DNA of 35,586 nt from Conidiobolus incongruus B7586. Its lineage: Eukaryota. The translations under genes were made by a program, and so were the position numbers. The stretch covers positions 1 through 35,586 of the forward strand of contig JNEM01009897.1 of NCBI GenBank assembly GCA_000697335.1, written 5' to 3'. Numbering within the stretch: position 1 is the first letter of the stretch; each line of letters begins with the position of its first letter. The notes beneath the pieces were generated by a model. It made no database searches. It saw only the letters and a list, made by a program, of their open reading frames with translations, and was not told where the DNA came from. Below are positions 12,022 to 23,520 of this stretch, in pieces.

Positions 12022-13800
12022 TTAGTGCTTGATTAAGTATTCATTAATTCTTAAAGTGTGACTACTTGGGTTTTCATATTAAAAAAATCAACATACAAGG
12101 AATTAAAGGCTATTAATATATTACACTAATTATATATCTCATAATAAAGCACAAACAATAATTGATAAATTATTTGTTAGAATGGATATTGGGTTGTTGA
12201 AAATTTAATATCACTATAATCAATGTATAAGTATATTGCTAATTAGTATATTAAATATCAATTTGATGTATATTTAGTAAAATAAGCGACTATATTGATT
12301 AACATCATATTCACGGATTTACCTACACCTAACCAATAATTAGCATAAAGAATAGTAAATAACAAAAATTTTACTTTGAGCACAATAAAACAAAACCTTT
12401 GAGCCATTTCTCAAAAGTTCTTTAACAAATTCCATCATTTTCGAAATACAGTATTAAATTCAAACGGCCCCTTTTTATCTTCTAGTATGTTTAAATATAA
12501 GTAATAATTTTGGAAGTCTCCCGATAGTAGACTTGCTGATATTCGAAAGTATTTGAGTTTGCAACAATTGGTAATAATGTCAAATTGGGACCAACAGTTT
12601 GGAGATTTTATTATTTAATCATTTAATTAAGTTGTTTTTTATAATTATATAACATTGATTACCTCTTCGTCTTGCCCCGATTGCTATATTAGTATTCCCG
12701 ATAAAATCGAAATAATTACTAGAGTCATTGCTATTAGACTCTTCTTCATTCCAACTTTGAACCAATTATGAAACCAACCTCTCCAAATCCGAGGGAGTTG
12801 CATTCAAAATCTGAACAACATTAGGCCAAAACATTTCAGAACGAGTCCCGAACTCCACATCCCTTAGTCGTCGCCAGTACCATGGACGTAGTCGAAAAGC
12901 ACATGACAATCTACAACTTCTGTACCCAATTGACTCACGAATACAGAGTGTTAGGTAGTATTCGGAGACTAAATGCCCATGATAAAATCTTCGAGGATTG
13001 GAGTCTCTGGCGATATCTATGTGGGCTTTAAAGATTTGGTTATTAAATGAGGGACTGGGGGAAGATTTGTAAATTATTCATTATATTAATATATCATGAT
13101 ATTATAAATGTCCATTAGAAATTGCCATTAGTTTGTCTACAAGTTCTACTAATTTTAACCCAATCAAATGAGCTTTCTCTTGAGATACAATACTGGGAAC
13201 GTGATGAAAACTTAGATCCCAATCCTTAGAATAATGTTCAAGATCTATAGTGTGAAAATACTTTTGAATACATCAATTCAAAACACAACACCAAATCGGG
13301 ATAGTTTTAGATTGTGCGTCCGAGAATTGTTTACCCTTTTGTGTTGAATCAAATATTATTAACCTAACGATAATCAATAACTATTCATATATAATCTATG
13401 AGCTAATATACCCTTTATATTCTTTTATGAGACTTAGTAAATGAAAATTGGTTCTAACCAAACTAAAATCCCATTTGCCGAAGTGGCCATCAGTTGATTT
13501 AAAATATCATTCGTTTAAAACCCTCAATAACCAACTTATTAATTATATCAAATTACAATATTTTATTTAATATTGCTTTTCTGGAGTTTATGTGCCAGTT
13601 ATCACTTCTCAAACTACATAAACTCAAAGAATACCGAATTATTATCAAAGCTATACAATATTTTACATATAATACTAAATGATTTTCAAATCCAAATCGA
13701 CGATTTAAAAATCTTTATTAATGGAATAGAATCGATTATAATTATTCAATAATGAACGTTGTATTCAATTATAACATTGATAAATTTGCAAAGATTTATA
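12022..13800 (-). pseudogene. RIT1: Initiator tRNA A64 2'-O-phosphoribosyl transferase (Rit1) pseudogene, intron-containing and full length
   Basis: Collinear motifs QRSLLNNYNRFYSI, YFKSTDGHFGKWDFSLVRTNFHLL, LIIFDSTQKGKQFSDAQSKTIPIWCCVLN, KSLKPT*ISP, YVHGTGDD*GMWSSGL, FIGNTNIAIG, KVLFYC and C-terminal NPSSHTLRINEYL. Stops at 13705-13707, 13507-13509, 13273-13275, 13017-13019 and 12864-12866, plus frameshifts (e.g. ~12840). Confidence 0.9.
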
Positions 13801-14089
13801 TATATATATATATTTCTTATATTTATAAAAGTTTTATTGAGGTTAATATTATATTCTGATGTCAATATGTTTTATATTTTCGTAATTTAATATGAAAAAA
13901 CTAGATCCTGAAGATTAGATTTAACTTATTAATGAATTGAAATTAAAAGATTTATTTGATGACAATATATTACTTTTGAATAATTAAAATAAGTAAAAAA
14001 CAAGATAAAAAATAGCAAATATAAAATAAAAAATCGTAATTAAAGCTATTTATATTATCTTATACATTATTAAAATTATATAAAAAAAT

Positions 14090-15484
14090 TTAGCACAAAT
14101 CGTAAACTTTCACATAATCAATAGCGAAAGCTCGGGACAAATCCTCCTTCCAAGTAGGTCCCCATTGAGAATCCTTACTATTCCAGAATTTACGTGCTGC
14201 AATATCGCCAGAATCTGAATTTTTCCACGGTTTATTTCCCACGCCGTCTGGGAAGTACCCATTATTCGTACCGACCGCCAAATTGATGATCAGGTAGAAC
14301 TCTTGATCGAATGGCGCTGCTGGCTCCCACTCCGATTGCTCCCCAGACCATGGGTTCACCGTAGTGTTGGCATATTTGCCCTTATCGAAGAACGATTTAC
14401 TAGGTCGGTAGAAATCGGGATCGGGTGAGGTATTGAGAGCTTCGCGGTACGTCGTTTGATAAGCGTTCTTGCCCACGAAATCAATTTCTAGGATGGGTTG
14501 ATCGTCTACGAAGGTTTTAATGCCCCATGGTGTCCATTCTAAAACATAGTTGTGGAAATTGTTATTTTCTCCCGCGGTACTGTTGGGATGGAGAAGTGGA
14601 TGGTCGACCCTCCGATGGTATCTGGAACGTTCAGAGTTAGGGATTTTTACGGATGCTGTGGTTTTTGCAAAATTACTTCTTGTCCAATCTATTCCCCAAT
14701 GTAATGTGGACCTTACGATGTTGTTACCTTCGCCGCCCTTGTAAGTCTCGGGACGATTTCCTCTAGATTCCATTAGATCAATTTCGCCGCTGGATGGCCA
14801 GGTGCCGTAAGCTTGACGCTTTGGTAGTAGCCAAATCGCAGGCCACAACCAATCCCCTGATGGCAACCTTGCACGAATGTCGATTTTACCATATTTGATG
14901 GTAAACGAGTCTACAGAGCGTATCAATGCACTTTTAATTGGATTGACAATTGCACCAGTCTTCGCATCGGATTTCTTCTTACATCCATTAAACAAAGCAC
15001 CCGTACATTGTGAAGGCGGATCATTCCCATTCAAATCCACCTCCATATCATTCAATAGATGCTTGACTTCCTCCGGAGTATTCGCCGTAAATGTCGGATA
15101 TAGATACAAGATGCCGTTCTTAATGAAAGAATTGGTGCGGTTGTTAATATACATCTGAAATTCGTTGTTACCGCCTCCCCCGAGGGTAATGTCGTGACGC
15201 CATCTGTTTAAATCCAGAGTTTTGAAATTGTCTTCGAGTTTCGGGCACCATTGAGCCTTCAGGTTAGAACTTCCACTTCGAATTTCTTCAAAGTACTTTT
15301 GGTAATTGTGACTGTTCCCAAACATGGTGGATTTTGCAGGTTGTTCTGATGGAGATCCATAATAGTGGTAAGATGATGGAGGAGGTGAATTGAAATGGTA
15401 GTAGCCATAAGGCCTACCGGCATTTACCAATGCACTATTTGACCAAATCAACAATATTAAAACATCCAAAAAATTGACCATCAT
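14090..15484 (-). CDS. Secreted GH16 beta-1,3-glucanase (laminarinase/LGBP-like), intronless
   Basis: First ATG at 15484 (the ORF track starts at a TTG). Hydrophobic signal-peptide-like N-terminus. Motifs GGGGNNEFQMY, GDWLWPAIWLLP, catalytic EIDLME in WPSSGEIDLMESRGN, and APFDQEFYLIINLAVG. Confidence 0.93.
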   Translation of the reverse strand: MMVNFLDVLILLIWSNSALVNAGRPYGYYHFNSPPPSSYHYYGSPSEQPAKSTMFGNSHNYQKYFEEIRSGSSNLKAQWCPKLEDNFKTLDLNRWRHDITLGGGGNNEFQMYINNRTNSFIKNGILYLYPTFTANTPEEVKHLLNDMEVDLNGNDPPSQCTGALFNGCKKKSDAKTGAIVNPIKSALIRSVDSFTIKYGKIDIRARLPSGDWLWPAIWLLPKRQAYGTWPSSGEIDLMESRGNRPETYKGGEGNNIVRSTLHWGIDWTRSNFAKTTASVKIPNSERSRYHRRVDHPLLHPNSTAGENNNFHNYVLEWTPWGIKTFVDDQPILEIDFVGKNAYQTTYREALNTSPDPDFYRPSKSFFDKGKYANTTVNPWSGEQSEWEPAAPFDQEFYLIINLAVGTNNGYFPDGVGNKPWKNSDSGDIAARKFWNSKDSQWGPTWKEDLSRAFAIDYVKVYDLC

Positions 15485-16359
15485 TCCAAAGATCAAAACT
15501 ATAACAAAATTTTCTGCAATTATTATATCCGCATCTTTTAAAGGACTAAGAAAGTGGCAAATTTAACAATGTTTAAACATATGGCTCAATTCAGTTTGAA
15601 AATGCCCAAATTGTGAAAAAAAAACTTTAGTAGTTGATGTCATTTTAATTGCTTATTGATCGTCTCCTTAAATAGTTAATTTGGAACATGAATTCAAGAT
15701 TTATTAGATTTATTTAATTTTTATATAGTGAATATTTTTAGTTAATTTAGTCTTGTTAATTTGATTGAATATTTTTACGAGGCATTATAAATTATATTAG
15801 CAATAGTCCAAATTATTTCAACATTATTTGAATTTTGGAATTAAGATCAATTAATCATCATATTCTAATTTTGGAATATTGATTTTTATTTTTCATAGGT
15901 CGATAAATTTTACTATTTGACTGATCAATTGAGAATCGTTGAATAAAATTATTTGGATTGATTAGAAATGAAATCATCATAAAAGAAGAGTTATTTGTGA
16001 GAAAAACTACTGAAATTGACATTTCAAAAAAAGATATTATTTCAAATCGCGTAATATTTAATAATCTTGTTTAGAATTAATAACGAAATAATCGATGATA
16101 TAGTTTATAGTTATATATAATATAGATTAAAATTTTAATAATTTTCATTTCCTACACTTCATATTCAATTTGTAATTTTAAAAGAAATTATCAAAATGTT
16201 ATATTTCGATTAATAATTAAAATCGGAATCTTTTATTAATACTATCATTAATTATGATCCCATAAAGACACATTAATCAATAATAACACGATTAGTCCCT
16301 AGTATAAATATACATAGCATTTCCTGATTGCATTTTAATAATTAAATCATTTAAAAAAC

Positions 16360-17534
16360 ATGAATCGATTAATCCAAACAAAATTATTAACTCAAATACC
16401 AAATAGATTCAATCAATCATCACTTAATATTAATCGTTATAATTTGGCAAAGTATCAGTTACCTTCAATACTTCAATCTGCTAATTATGCTTCGTTGAGA
16501 TATAATGGTAATTATTACAGAAGTTATATTAGCTAGATAAATTAATTAAGAGCTGAAATAGATGACCGTTCTGACTACAGATCCCGAAGAAGACTACAAC
16601 CCACAAGATATGCTGTAAATAACAGGACACAGTATGCGACACCTCAAGTCACTGTAACCAATATTCCAGAACCTAGTAACTCAGTGATTCAGGTTCACGA
16701 CCCTGCTCACTATATTTTAGCTCATGGATCCCTTGGAGTTGCTAGACAGTTGGAAATGTTGAATGTGTTTTTGGTAAGTTGATTTATAAGTATCGAAATG
16801 ATCATAATCCTAATAAATAATCAGGGATACGAGCAAGCCAATAGATATATTATTCATGATCAATATGGCAACAATGTAGGTCTCATAGCCGAAAATCAAA
16901 CCCTGTTATCTACAATTTTAAGACAATTCCTAAGAACACACCGTCCCTTCAGCGCCGTAATCATGGATTTAAACGGGAACGAAGTGCTCAAAGTGCGTCG
17001 TCCCTTTTGGCTTATCAATTCCAGGATTACAATCTCGACCCCCGACGACAGAGTGATTGGCGAAGTTCACCAAATCTGGCATCTCTGGCGACGTAAGTAC
17101 GAATTATTTGTTGGCAGGGACCAATTTGCAATGATTGATGCGCCCTTCCTGTCATGGGATTTCAATTTGGTAGATAAAGATGGCGGTTTATTGGGATTTA
17201 TTACTAAGAATTTTACTGGATTTATGAGAGAAGTAATACTATACTAATTATTCTGTTGTAATATTTTATTAATATATGGTTTTAGATCTTTACAGACACC
17301 AGTCACTATGGTTTAGTTATGGATTCTCTACCCAACTCTTCAAGAAGTCTGACACTTGATGAACGTGCTGTAGCTCTCGCTACTGCTATTACATTGGATA
17401 TAGATTACTTTACAACTAGTTCGGGTCATAATCATATGTAAGTTTAAGCCATTTTTTTATATGATGCAATTAATTAATTAATTAATTGGTTTAGGCCTTT
17501 CTTCTGGTTCTTTAGCAGTGATTCCTCAGATTGA
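16360..17534 (+). CDS. Phospholipid scramblase family protein (Aim25-like), multi-exon
   Basis: ATG at 16360 with a presequence-like N-terminus. Motifs RQLEMLNVFL/GYEQANRY, RQFLRTHRPF, WHLWRRKYELF, IDAPFLSWDF, REIFTDT and LTLDERAVALATAITLDIDYF. Stop TGA at 17532-17534. Confidence 0.9.
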
Positions 17535-17775
17535 TCAAGTGATTAAATCTCATTCAAAAATAATATATTGCAATATTTATTTAAATTTTTACAAGTTCCT
17601 TATTATTTAATACTCAATAATCATTTTTATTTGACCGATTTAATGAGTGCATTCCCAATTATAATGAAAAATTAATTCCAAAATATTATTAATTAAGAAT
17701 CATTTTATATAAACATTTTATTGAATAGTTCGATTAATGATTATTCAAAAAAATAGAACCCAGAAAATTGACTAG

Positions 17776-17856
17776 GACAAGATGGCCGAGTGGTGAAGGC
17801 GTGTGCCTAGAAAGCACATGGGATTTCCCGCGTAGGTTCAAATCCTGCTCTTGTCG
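17776..17856 (+). tRNA. tRNA-Ser(AGA)
   Basis: Acceptor stem GACAAGA/TCTTGTC with discriminator G. D-arm TGGCCGAGTGGTGAAGGC. Anticodon arm TGTGC-CTAGAAA-GCACA. Long variable arm GGGATTTCCC and T-arm GGTTCAAATCC. Confidence 0.95.
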
Positions 17857-18322
17857 TTTGTTATCTTTTCTACTCAATATTTTATTGTTCTTCTTTTCCT
17901 GTTGAAATATTTCCAATTATATTTTTATATCTCGAATTTAAGATCAACCTTTTTTATTTTCATTTCAATACAAATATTTTCTTTATAATCTAACAATAGT
18001 TTATTTTAGTTTGAGTTCATAACCCTTATACTTTATTATTATATTATAATTATAAATTTCAAAATAATTTGATCTAAAATTTCTATTATATAGTTAATTA
18101 AAACAATTAGAAAATTAAATGATTAGTATACATATTTCAATTAAGAATGTGGAAAAATACACACCATTAATTTGAAAATAAAAGAATTCAATTAATATAT
18201 ATATCAAATTAAACTAAATGATTAAAAATATGTCAATAGCAATATTATTGATATGTATAATTGTACAGCTAATATGAGTTGAAAAGTGAATTTAACAAAA
18301 TAGGATATCAAAAATATCAGTC

Positions 18323-18394
18323 CTCTCCGACTGGAAGCTGAACTCAGGGCACCTGAGTGAGAGGTGGGTATACTTAACATTATACTTTCGAAGA
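18323..18394 (-). pseudogene. Degenerate tRNA-Asp-derived pseudogene (anticodon position now CTC)
   Basis: Reverse complement TCTTCGAAAGTATAATGTTAAGTATACCCACCTCTCACTCAGGTGCCCTGAGTTCAGCTTCCAGTCGGAGAG is 72 nt and collinear with the eukaryotic tRNA-Asp(GTC) consensus. The acceptor stem TCTTCGA/TCGGAGA still pairs. The anticodon stem, D-loop GG and T-loop are broken. Confidence 0.75.
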
Positions 18395-19070
18395 TTAATT
18401 GTCATTAAAAAATCTAATATATTGTTAAAATAAATAAAAATATAATTTTACTACGGTTTAATTTCTTTTTAAAATTATCTTTCTCTTGTATCTTAATAAT
18501 TTTGAAATCATTTCTTATTAATAATATGTCTATTTTAATATATCAAATTTTTGATTTTTTGTATATGGATTATTATATTCCTTTAATGTTTTTTGAATAA
18601 TTTTCTTCCATTTTTCATTTTATTTGATCCATCATTGGTTGCATTTTTTATTTTATCTAATTATATAATATTAGAACGTATTCTTGATAAATTTAGTATT
18701 TTATGTACTTAAAAGCATATGCATCGTTATTAAAAAATATGGATAATATCATTTTAATTTCAACATTTTTGAATACCTAATTATTATATTATTTTTGGTT
18801 TAAACTAAAATTGTCAATATTTAAAAATTGATTAATTATGAGGTCATTATCTAATTTAAATGATGAAAATTGATATTAAACCTGAAAAATATTCATAAAA
18901 AAATTGTTGGATTCTTTAATAAAATTATCCCACAATTGAATAATTTGAAATTTAATTCATTTATGAACTAATCCAGTGGATCAGGAGTGCGATAAAGCGC
19001 TGATATATATAATATAATTCACTTCAAAATATTAAAATAAATTTTAAATATATAGACAGACAAATCCAAA

Positions 19071-22000
19071 ATGAGTTTTGATAAAATTCCACCAGCTATT
19101 GACCTTGCCAGTGACAGTGGTTCTGATTCTGACATTGAAAAAACCAAAAATGTTGAAATGAATAATAAACCTACTTCCAGTTTCTTTGGAAATACTTCTA
19201 CCAGTATTAATAACTCCCAAACTTTTCAGTTTGGAGCTACAAATTCTGCAGCAAGTAATTTCAACTTTTTCGGCAATAACAAACCTGCAGATCTTTCCAA
19301 ACCCAACTTAGACAAATTAGGCCAAACTTCATCTATTCCAACGAAATTATCCACCACATCCGAAACCCCCAACTCCGTTCCAAAGAGAAATAAACGTGAC
19401 GATGCTTTTACCTCCGATAGTGATACCGATAGTGACAAAGGTGACAAAGAGTCTAAAAGAACCAAAATTCAATCGAAACTTCCAGAATTTAAAACGGGTC
19501 TCAAGAAGGAACTTCACATTTCTAAAAAAGATGGTCATCATAGAATCGCAGATATTACAAAGTACATACAGAATTCTTTCTTTTAAAACCTCTGACCAAT
19601 TCATTCATTTTTAGGATTAAAAAACATTGGGTATCATTTGCTCACAATCCTCAACTTCAATCACATGCTTTATATAGTGGAAATGCCCAACCTGATGTAA
19701 ATATAAATATCTCGATTTTCAAATATAATATTCTTATAATTATTTAGAAAAAATTTATTGAACCTTCTTTAAAGTTTGTTGAATATGCAAAATATAGCAA
19801 AGCCCATCTACAGGTAGTCCAATCATTTGGTATATTTTGCAATATATATATATTAAATTTTAATTTTAGCTTATAGATTTATATCATCAAACATTCAATA
19901 ACCTTGAAGATCAATGCTCTATCAAAGCTTGTAGAAATTTGTAAGTGTTTATATATATATATATATATATCATCATTTTTGATTTATTATTAATTAATCA
20001 TTACATAGATCGGATAATGAAGAGTTCTACTTATCTAAATTAATTTCTTTTACTGAAAGTTATTCATCTGCTTTGGATCAAATTTGTATGACCAAGGAGG
20101 TAACTATACATTTAAATTGTTTTAATCTAGATTTTAAACAAGCTTTTAGGAATCTGACGATGATCAAAATATCACTGAAAAATATACTCAAACTTTGATT
20201 GATCAATTTAAACGCTATTTCTCTTTGGTTAAATATCGTCTCTATCCAAAAAGTTTCCCTGCCAAGTGGTTCCATGAATGGTACCATCAGTATCCTAATG
20301 GTAATATTCATTGAAAACTTTTTAATCCATTTTATTCATTATTCATATAGATTTTAGCAAACAACTGATCAATACAATTCAAACTGAAAATGAAGTTCCA
20401 GAATTTGTTATAGAGCAAGTTATTCCTAGGTTATATTACTAGAATTTGAATATTATTAGATTTATCTAATATTCCTTGATAGACTTATTTTCCATCGCGA
20501 TATTAGTTCTGCTTCAATTATTTTGGGTTTAGTCAAATCTGATATTGCTAGTTGTATAAGAGTAATTACCCGGTGTATTAATTTATGCCATTTCACTAAC
20601 TCTCAATTTTAGGCAGTCATATCTCAATATCCTGATCCATACAATTATGAAAACTCTTACCAACAATCATTCTTCCAATGGAAAGAATTTTGCCAGTAAT
20701 ATTTTCGAGTTAATTATTTTAAACTTTACAAATTAATCACCAAACTTTAGAAATATTAAAGCACAATTTGATAAATCTAACCCAACGCCACCCAAAACTG
20801 CACTATATACCTTACTTAAACTCTTTGCTTCCCCAATCGAAAATACTCAAGCTGGAAGTGAAGCTAATTTGAAGCTGATTGAAAAATTGACGACTTGTTG
20901 GGAAGAAGGAATTGGTGCTATTTTGTATTATAGTAGACCTGAAATTAGCAATGCCTCATTAGGGTAAATTTATACTTGCACAATATACTAATTTCCAACA
21001 ACTAATATTAACTGGTTTAGATCCATTACTAAATTGGCTCAAAAAACTATTATTCGTCCCAATAGACCTATCTTTACATTAGATTATGCCATCTCTTCAT
21101 TACTTCGAAATGATTGGATCAAGGTAACCTAACTATTAACTAATTTTGGTAATATATTGATGAAATTTGTTATAGTCTTTAACGAATTGCGCATCTCATA
21201 ATTTGGTCATTTCATTACATATTGCGGATCTAGTTTATAGAAGATCTTTATTAAATGAAAAATGGACCAAAGATGCCGCATTTAATAAGTAAGTTCACCT
21301 GAAGATCATCATTGATAAAGATCTCATCATTCAAATTTAGAAACGAATTCTTGGATTTTAAACAACGATTGGCTCAAAAATACTTCACTGAAGAGTTAAC
21401 ATATTATCCCATCAGTCGCGAGATCGCCTTCTCTTATTTGAGGGTAGGCGGTAAACACTGTGAAGCTGCTTTTAATGAGGTAATTTTATATAATTTTAGT
21501 TATAACAATCACATTAACCATCTATTTATAATAGATTTTATCACATATGACAATTTCTCAGTTAGAAACTCTTCCCAAATTTGACAATGATTTTAGTTTG
21601 GATTTCCAATATCGCCAATTAATTGAAAAGGTATATCCAACACGTGTCCATTTTAAATTTACATATGTTAATGATGATTTTAGAATTTAGGATATCGTTA
21701 CCTACATAAAAGAGATTACCTTGGAGCTTTAAAGCACTTTTACTCGTCTCAAGATGAAGAAAATATCATTAAAGTCCTTACAGAAATGTTCCAATCTGAA
21801 TTCGTCAAAGAAAAAGGTAATGCTAAAAGTATTTCATACCATGATAGATATTTATAATTATTTAGGAAATTATATCTCTCAATTGAAAGATTTATACCCC
21901 GATACACCCGAATTAGTTGCACAAACTCCCTACTTAGCTTGTATGGTTTATTTTTCTCATTATGTACATCACATCAAAGTAATATTTTTAAGAATGGTTT

Positions 22001-22447
22001 TTTATATTGATTTCTAACTATGATTTTAGACCAAAGACTATACCAATGCTTTACTCTATTTAAATTTCATTATCTCACAGCCCTTAGTTCCATTATTCAT
22101 TATCCCTTCCATATTTGAACTATTTAAACCATGGCTTCAAGGTAATATAAAAATTTGAACATTCAATGTATAATAGCTAATATGAATTTAAATAATTAGA
22201 CCCCAATATCCGAATTCCTAACCAGTTGTCATCATCTTTCATATACTTAATTAATTCAATTTCCACTAATATTGAATTACAAAACGAAGTATTTAAATTT
22301 ACTTCCAATCCCAAACGAGTAATTACCCTCTACGAATTCAACAACTGGACTAAGTTCTTCAAAAAATGTTTAACCAACTATCAATCAAACCATACCCCCA
22401 AATCAGTGAATGTACATCCAAGAATTGTTAAATTTAATACTAATTAA
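19071..22447 (+). CDS. Probable Nup85-like nucleoporin, highly intron-rich
   Basis: Many short GT-AG introns and a helical-looking C-terminal region with segments resembling Nup85: TCWEEGIGAILYYSRP, SLHIADL, REIAFSYL, RDYLGALKHF. Low-complexity N-terminus with FFG/FQFG motifs. The gene is well supported; the family call is moderate. Confidence 0.6.
19950..19970. repeat. (TA)n microsatellite in an intron of the Nup85-like gene
   Basis: About 10 consecutive TA units. A similar run lies at ~13797-13813. Confidence 0.7.
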
Positions 22448-22489
22448 ATATTTATATAATAAACATTTACACATTATATATTTACTTTT

Positions 22490-23520
22490 AATTTGGTACT
22501 AGACATATTTCACTTCGATTGCAATTGATTAAATATAGAAATCTAAAAAATTTGAATGACTAATGGGTTTGGAATTGAGATTGATTGATTGATTGATTTA
22601 ATATTATAACGTATTTTGCCCTGTAAATTGAGTTAGAAATTTTTAAATGTATGCATATTATATTCTCATTTTACATTGGCTAGATTATTATTATTGGTTC
22701 TTGTCAAGGGTTTCAGAACTATTTAAACGATTATTAAATCGTTCTCATCTGTCTCCTGAAAATCATTGTCATTCAAAATTTCTTCATCCATCAACTTTGA
22801 ATTTTCATTTAACAGAATACCACAGACTTCATTAGCATTCTGTCTCGATTGAGTGGCAAAATAGACTTTCCATTTCAAACTTCCATCTAATTGATAGCCT
22901 TTATCAGAGAATGATTTGAAAGAATTAATCTTAAGTTTCCAAATTAAGATTCAATAACCCTTTACTTCTTTATATATTAGATTCATTTCATTTTCCAATT
23001 CCTTTAATAAAGCGTAAAAGTTTTTACTGTGTTCACTATGAACTGAAAAGAAATTAATCAAATCAAATAAAATAAAATATTATAAAATTTAAAAGGTTTA
23101 TCAATTTGAGCCAATCTAAAATGTTTAGTTTATTAATAGTAATTAAAATCAAATAATTTAATTACTCGTGTAATAGTACCCATACATTCTTCATATGGTA
23201 AAAACTTATCTTTGGACCTTAACCTAAATGAAATTATGATCACTCTTCCAAAATTAGTACTTAAATAAATCCTAGTCCATTAACAGCAATAACACTATAT
23301 GTAATATATCTAATGAATTTTCATTCCTTGTGATAAGATCCCTTTATATTTTGAACTCTCCAATTTATCTTAGATAATATGGGTTCAACCTACATCAATG
23401 TCATTGAAAGATGAAAAGTATTAATAATTTGATAATTTATTCATCTTGCCATCGACATTAACCTCTCTTGAGCCTTTTGGCAAATATCGTAAGATTTTTC
23501 AGCAAATAATAGACGCAAAA
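22490..23520 (-). pseudogene. WSS1: Wss1-like WLM-domain zinc metalloprotease pseudogene with decayed RanBP2-type zinc finger(s)
   Basis: Collinear relics VEPILSKINWRVQNI (~23345-23389), FRLRSKDKFLPYEECMGT (~23176-23230), frameshifted LHE/LAQI (HExxH with His lost, split by an intron) and VHSEHSKNFYALLKELENE...GY* (stop 22951-22953), then FSDKGYQLDG. Further on, K*EYNMHTFKNF*LNLQGKIRY has the spacing of W-x-C-x2-C-T-F-x-N-x6-C-x2-C (~22606-22671). Confidence 0.82.

Noticed and set aside
13507..13509. TGA at a plausible Cys position before YFKSTDGH as selenocysteine
   Set aside because: The same gene has several other stops (TAA, TAG, TGA) and frameshifts, and no SECIS element was recognised.
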